Origin: a bacterium
GTDB taxonomy: Bacteria; Patescibacteriota; Andersenbacteria; UBA10190; CAIZMI01
Direction of reading: 5' to 3'
NCBI GenBank assembly: GCA_030647555.1
Contig: JAUSJG010000007.1
Location: forward strand, 36,169 to 100,168
DNA: 64,000 nt
The position numbers and the translations under genes are program-made. Below the pieces are notes generated by a model that made no database searches, was not told the origin of the DNA, and saw only the letters and a program-made list of their open reading frames with translations. This document shows, in pieces, positions 61,037 to 64,000 of this stretch; positions within the stretch are counted from its first letter, which is position 1; the number at the start of each line of letters is the position of its first letter.

Positions 61037-61642
61037 TTACGGACGAGGCCTTATTTTTACCGATAATATCTCACTTCTAAAATCCGTAATATCGAAATAA
61101 TGATGACAGGCTGGCGGGAGTTCTTTGGCTACATGTCCGCTTCTTGAGAAAACGATCGTCATCTTTCCTTTCCCTCTTAAAACTTTCAGCAAATATTCAA
61201 AATCACAATCGCCGGAAAACAAAATAAACGTATCGTATTTTTCTATTTTATCTATCGCGTCTACGGCGATTTCAACGTCAAAATTCGCTTTGCGGTGCGG
61301 ATGTTCCGGCGCATGATCAAAATATTTCTTCATCTGCTTGGTGGAAAGCTTATACCCCGCTTTCTTCAGCATATACATAAAATTTCGATGGGACTCACTT
61401 TCAAAATCGGCAGAATAATAACTGATAGCGGTCAACTCCCCCATTTTTTCGAAAAACATTTTAAGCTGCCGATAATCTACCGTCCATTTTAATTTTCCCG
61501 GTTCAAAATGCTTAAGATTGTCCGGAATATCTTTTGGATTAACCCACATACTGCGTACCGATTGCTCAAGATTCGCCGCATCAATGAAAACACTAATTCT
61601 GCCGCGAAGGACGTCTTTTAGCTTGATATGATATTCATTCAT
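61037..61642 (-). CDS. NYN (LabA/DUF88) PIN-like domain protein
   Basis: FIDAAN, KANFDVEIAVD, SGDCDF. Confidence 0.9.
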   Translation of the reverse strand: MNEYHIKLKDVLRGRISVFIDAANLEQSVRSMWVNPKDIPDNLKHFEPGKLKWTVDYRQLKMFFEKMGELTAISYYSADFESESHRNFMYMLKKAGYKLSTKQMKKYFDHAPEHPHRKANFDVEIAVDAIDKIEKYDTFILFSGDCDFEYLLKVLRGKGKMTIVFSRSGHVAKELPPACHHYFDITDFRSEILSVKIRPRP

Positions 61643-61831
61643 ATTGGATTATTTATTTAGAGTTTTACACAACTGTGACAATTTTACCACGTTCGTGTTT
61701 TGTTTGCAATAGCGTGTTTTGGACGTTTTTTAAGGGGGACGACGAGCGACGAACGCCAATCAGGGTCCGACCCTGCGCCTCAGGGACGGACCCTATATCT
61801 ATCGGACCCTATTCTACTTTCAAAAACAAAT

Positions 61832-62170
61832 TTAGAGCGGACGCAGTTTTTCGCCACCTAAAAGATGGATATGTAAATGCTGTACGGTTTGTCCGGCATT
61901 GACGCCGATATTGGTTAATAATCTGTAGCCACCATTTTCCAATCCTCTTTCTCGCGCAATTTTCGCGCCGATGCGCATCAATTTTCCAACCAACTCATCA
62001 TCGGCTTCTTGCATTTCCGCAACCGAAACCAAATGTTTCACGGGAATAATAATTACGTGTGTTTTATATTTTGGATAGAGATCGTTAAACGCAACAACGC
62101 CGTCCTGCTCATAAACAATATCGGCCTTTATTTGTTTCGCGATAATTTTGCAGAAAACGCAGTCAGACAT
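61832..62170 (-). CDS. hinT: HIT family nucleotide-binding protein
   Basis: CVFCKI, GQTVQHLHIHLLGG. Confidence 0.93.
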   Translation of the reverse strand: MSDCVFCKIIAKQIKADIVYEQDGVVAFNDLYPKYKTHVIIIPVKHLVSVAEMQEADDELVGKLMRIGAKIARERGLENGGYRLLTNIGVNAGQTVQHLHIHLLGGEKLRPL

Positions 62171-62257
62171 AATGTGACGTGAATTAAGATTTATGATTTA
62201 TGAATGATGATGACGACGACGCTTCATTAATCATATATCATCAATCATTATTCACGT

Positions 62258-63721
62258 TCACGTATGGCTCGTCAGAATTTCTTTGTGCAATCTCTTTTTC
62301 AAGGCAGGTACAAGTGAGTCTAGATTCAAGTCTAATGTTTCTTGCATCCCGCTTTCCATATTGCGCAAAATAATGGTGCTGTCTAAGGCTTCTTTTTGCC
62401 CCAAAATCAAAGTCCATTGCACCTTTAGGCGATCGGCATTGCGCAGTTGCGCTTTGATACCGTCTTTGTGAAACGCTTCGGCAACTTTAAAGCCGGAACG
62501 ACGCAAATCATCCAGAAGTTTTACGGCGCGACGGCGTCCAAGATCACCCAGATGCGCCAAAAATACATCCGGCATATCGGTATTTTTTACTTCAACACCT
62601 TCCGCTTTCATTTGCATAATTACTCGCTCTACCCCACCGGAAAAACCAACGGCGGGAGTAGCCGGACCACCAAGAAGTTCAACCAATCCGTCGTATCGAC
62701 CGCCACCACCCAACGCCATACCGCTCAATGGATCCCCGGCCGGTAACGTTGAGATTATTTCAAAAGCAGTTCGGGTGTAATAATCCAAACCGCGCACCAA
62801 ACGTGCGTTTTCCCTAAATGGAATGCCCAAATCTTGCAAATAACGAAGAACGTTTTGATAATGTGCTTTACAATCTTCACAAAGATTTTCGGTAACTTTA
62901 GGAGCGGTATTGCCAACCATTTGGCATTTTTCTTCTTTACAATCAAAAATACGGAGTGGATTTACCTTTGCTCGGCGTTTGCAATCGACACAAAGTTTTC
63001 GCGTATTATCCTGCACGTGTTTTTTCAATGCGTTAAGATATGATGGACGACAATTTTTGTTAAGACAGCCAACAGAATTGATATCAATTCTAAAAGCATC
63101 GAGTTGCAAAGCCTTATAAGCTTCATAGGCTAAATGAATTACTTGCACATCGATTATTGGATGGCCTTCCCCGATTACTTCCACGCCAAACTGTGTCAAT
63201 TGACGATAACGACCGGCCTGCGGACGGTCATGACGAAAAACCGGACCTTGATACCACATCCGCACCGGTTGTGGCTTACTACTCATTCCATGTTCCAGAT
63301 AAGCGCGGGCAACACCGGCCGTAAATTCCGGACGTAATGCCAAACGTGTTGTTCCACTGCGATCCTTCACAAAAAACATTTCCTTTTCCACGACATCCGT
63401 GGTTTCACCGATACTTCGCTCAAAAAGCGCCGCTTCTTCCACAACTGGAACAGAAACTTTTTTCATATTAAAACTAATGGCGACCTGTTTAAAGGTGTCA
63501 TTCACAATATCCCAATAACGCATATCATCCCACAAAACATCTTGCATCCCCCGCGGAGAACGGACGACCAACGCGATTGGCGCGCGCGCGCGAATATCTT
63601 CTTCCTCTTCTTCCGGCGGACGTTGCATTCCACGACGTTGCTCGGTGCGCGCCGGCACGCCTGGTTTTACTTCTTCTTTCTTCTTGTCATTTTTGGCGTT
63701 TTCTTGGGCCGTTTGAACCAT
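62258..63721 (-). CDS. hisS: Histidine--tRNA ligase
   Basis: LRPEFTA, GRYRQLTQ, VRGLDYY, GGGGRYD. Confidence 0.97.
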   Translation of the reverse strand: MVQTAQENAKNDKKKEEVKPGVPARTEQRRGMQRPPEEEEEDIRARAPIALVVRSPRGMQDVLWDDMRYWDIVNDTFKQVAISFNMKKVSVPVVEEAALFERSIGETTDVVEKEMFFVKDRSGTTRLALRPEFTAGVARAYLEHGMSSKPQPVRMWYQGPVFRHDRPQAGRYRQLTQFGVEVIGEGHPIIDVQVIHLAYEAYKALQLDAFRIDINSVGCLNKNCRPSYLNALKKHVQDNTRKLCVDCKRRAKVNPLRIFDCKEEKCQMVGNTAPKVTENLCEDCKAHYQNVLRYLQDLGIPFRENARLVRGLDYYTRTAFEIISTLPAGDPLSGMALGGGGRYDGLVELLGGPATPAVGFSGGVERVIMQMKAEGVEVKNTDMPDVFLAHLGDLGRRRAVKLLDDLRRSGFKVAEAFHKDGIKAQLRNADRLKVQWTLILGQKEALDSTIILRNMESGMQETLDLNLDSLVPALKKRLHKEILTSHT

Positions 63722-63744
63722 AATAATATTGATGAAAAATAATT

Positions 63745-64000
63745 TTAGGATTGAGGCGACACGGTCGCTTGCGACGGAACAATACCACCATATTGCGGAG
63801 TTGCGAAGGCCGACGCTTCGTTTATAGGAAAAAGACGCAACCAGGCGCGACCGACGATCAAATTACGCGGAACAGCCCCCCAAAAACGCGAATCGGAGCT
63901 GTGCTCACGATTGTCACCCAGTACGAAATATTCATCCTTACCAAGCATAGAATCAATGTTTCCGACCGTGATATCGGTAGTTGGAAGATATTGTCCCTCA
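63745..64000 (-). CDS. lepB: Signal peptidase I (3' part)
   Basis: [15 protein letters not shown]...IVGR. Confidence 0.9.
   Translation of the reverse strand, partial: EGQYLPTTDITVGNIDSMLGKDEYFVLGDNREHSSDSRFWGAVPRNLIVGRAWLRLFPINEASAFATPQYGGIVPSQATVSPQS

Noticed and set aside
62171-62257. Chain of tiny ORFs between hisS and the HIT gene as another bridge
   Set aside because: The ATGA-rich repeat produces such 5-15 codon frames by chance; too weak to call.

Overview
Bacterial chromosomal window, most likely Patescibacteria (CPR). This is inferred from the missing rpmD/uL30, split comEC, Zn-type S14, scarce Shine-Dalgarno sites and abundant palindromic AT-rich repeats; the genetic code is the standard 11. 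Core content, mostly on the minus strand: fba-tpiA-galT-GT2, ruvX-map-adk-secY, the spc, S10 and str ribosomal clusters, rpmB, tRNA-Pro(GGG), purM with an in-frame TGA, uxs, ndk, comEC, ftsZ-ftsA, dgkA-ybeY, yqeY-rpsU, a secreted lipase, a type I-like RM/defence island, NYN, HIT, hisS and a partial lepB. Main observation: every spacer longer than about 30 nt from rplC to rplO, plus rpsL-rpsG and rpsG-fusA, is spanned almost stop-to-start by a small same-strand ORF built from palindromic repeat DNA (12 cases). Five belong to one ~145-nt hairpin family with compensatory base changes. In these, a 43-44 aa ORF starts in the 5' arm and the next r-protein start codon is buried in the 3' arm, making them a candidate translational-coupling 'bridge' system. 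Also found: a ~6.7-kb GH3/radical-SAM island integrated inside rpsJ with a synonymously recoded replacement 3' end, and two promoter/terminator-bounded candidate ncRNAs.
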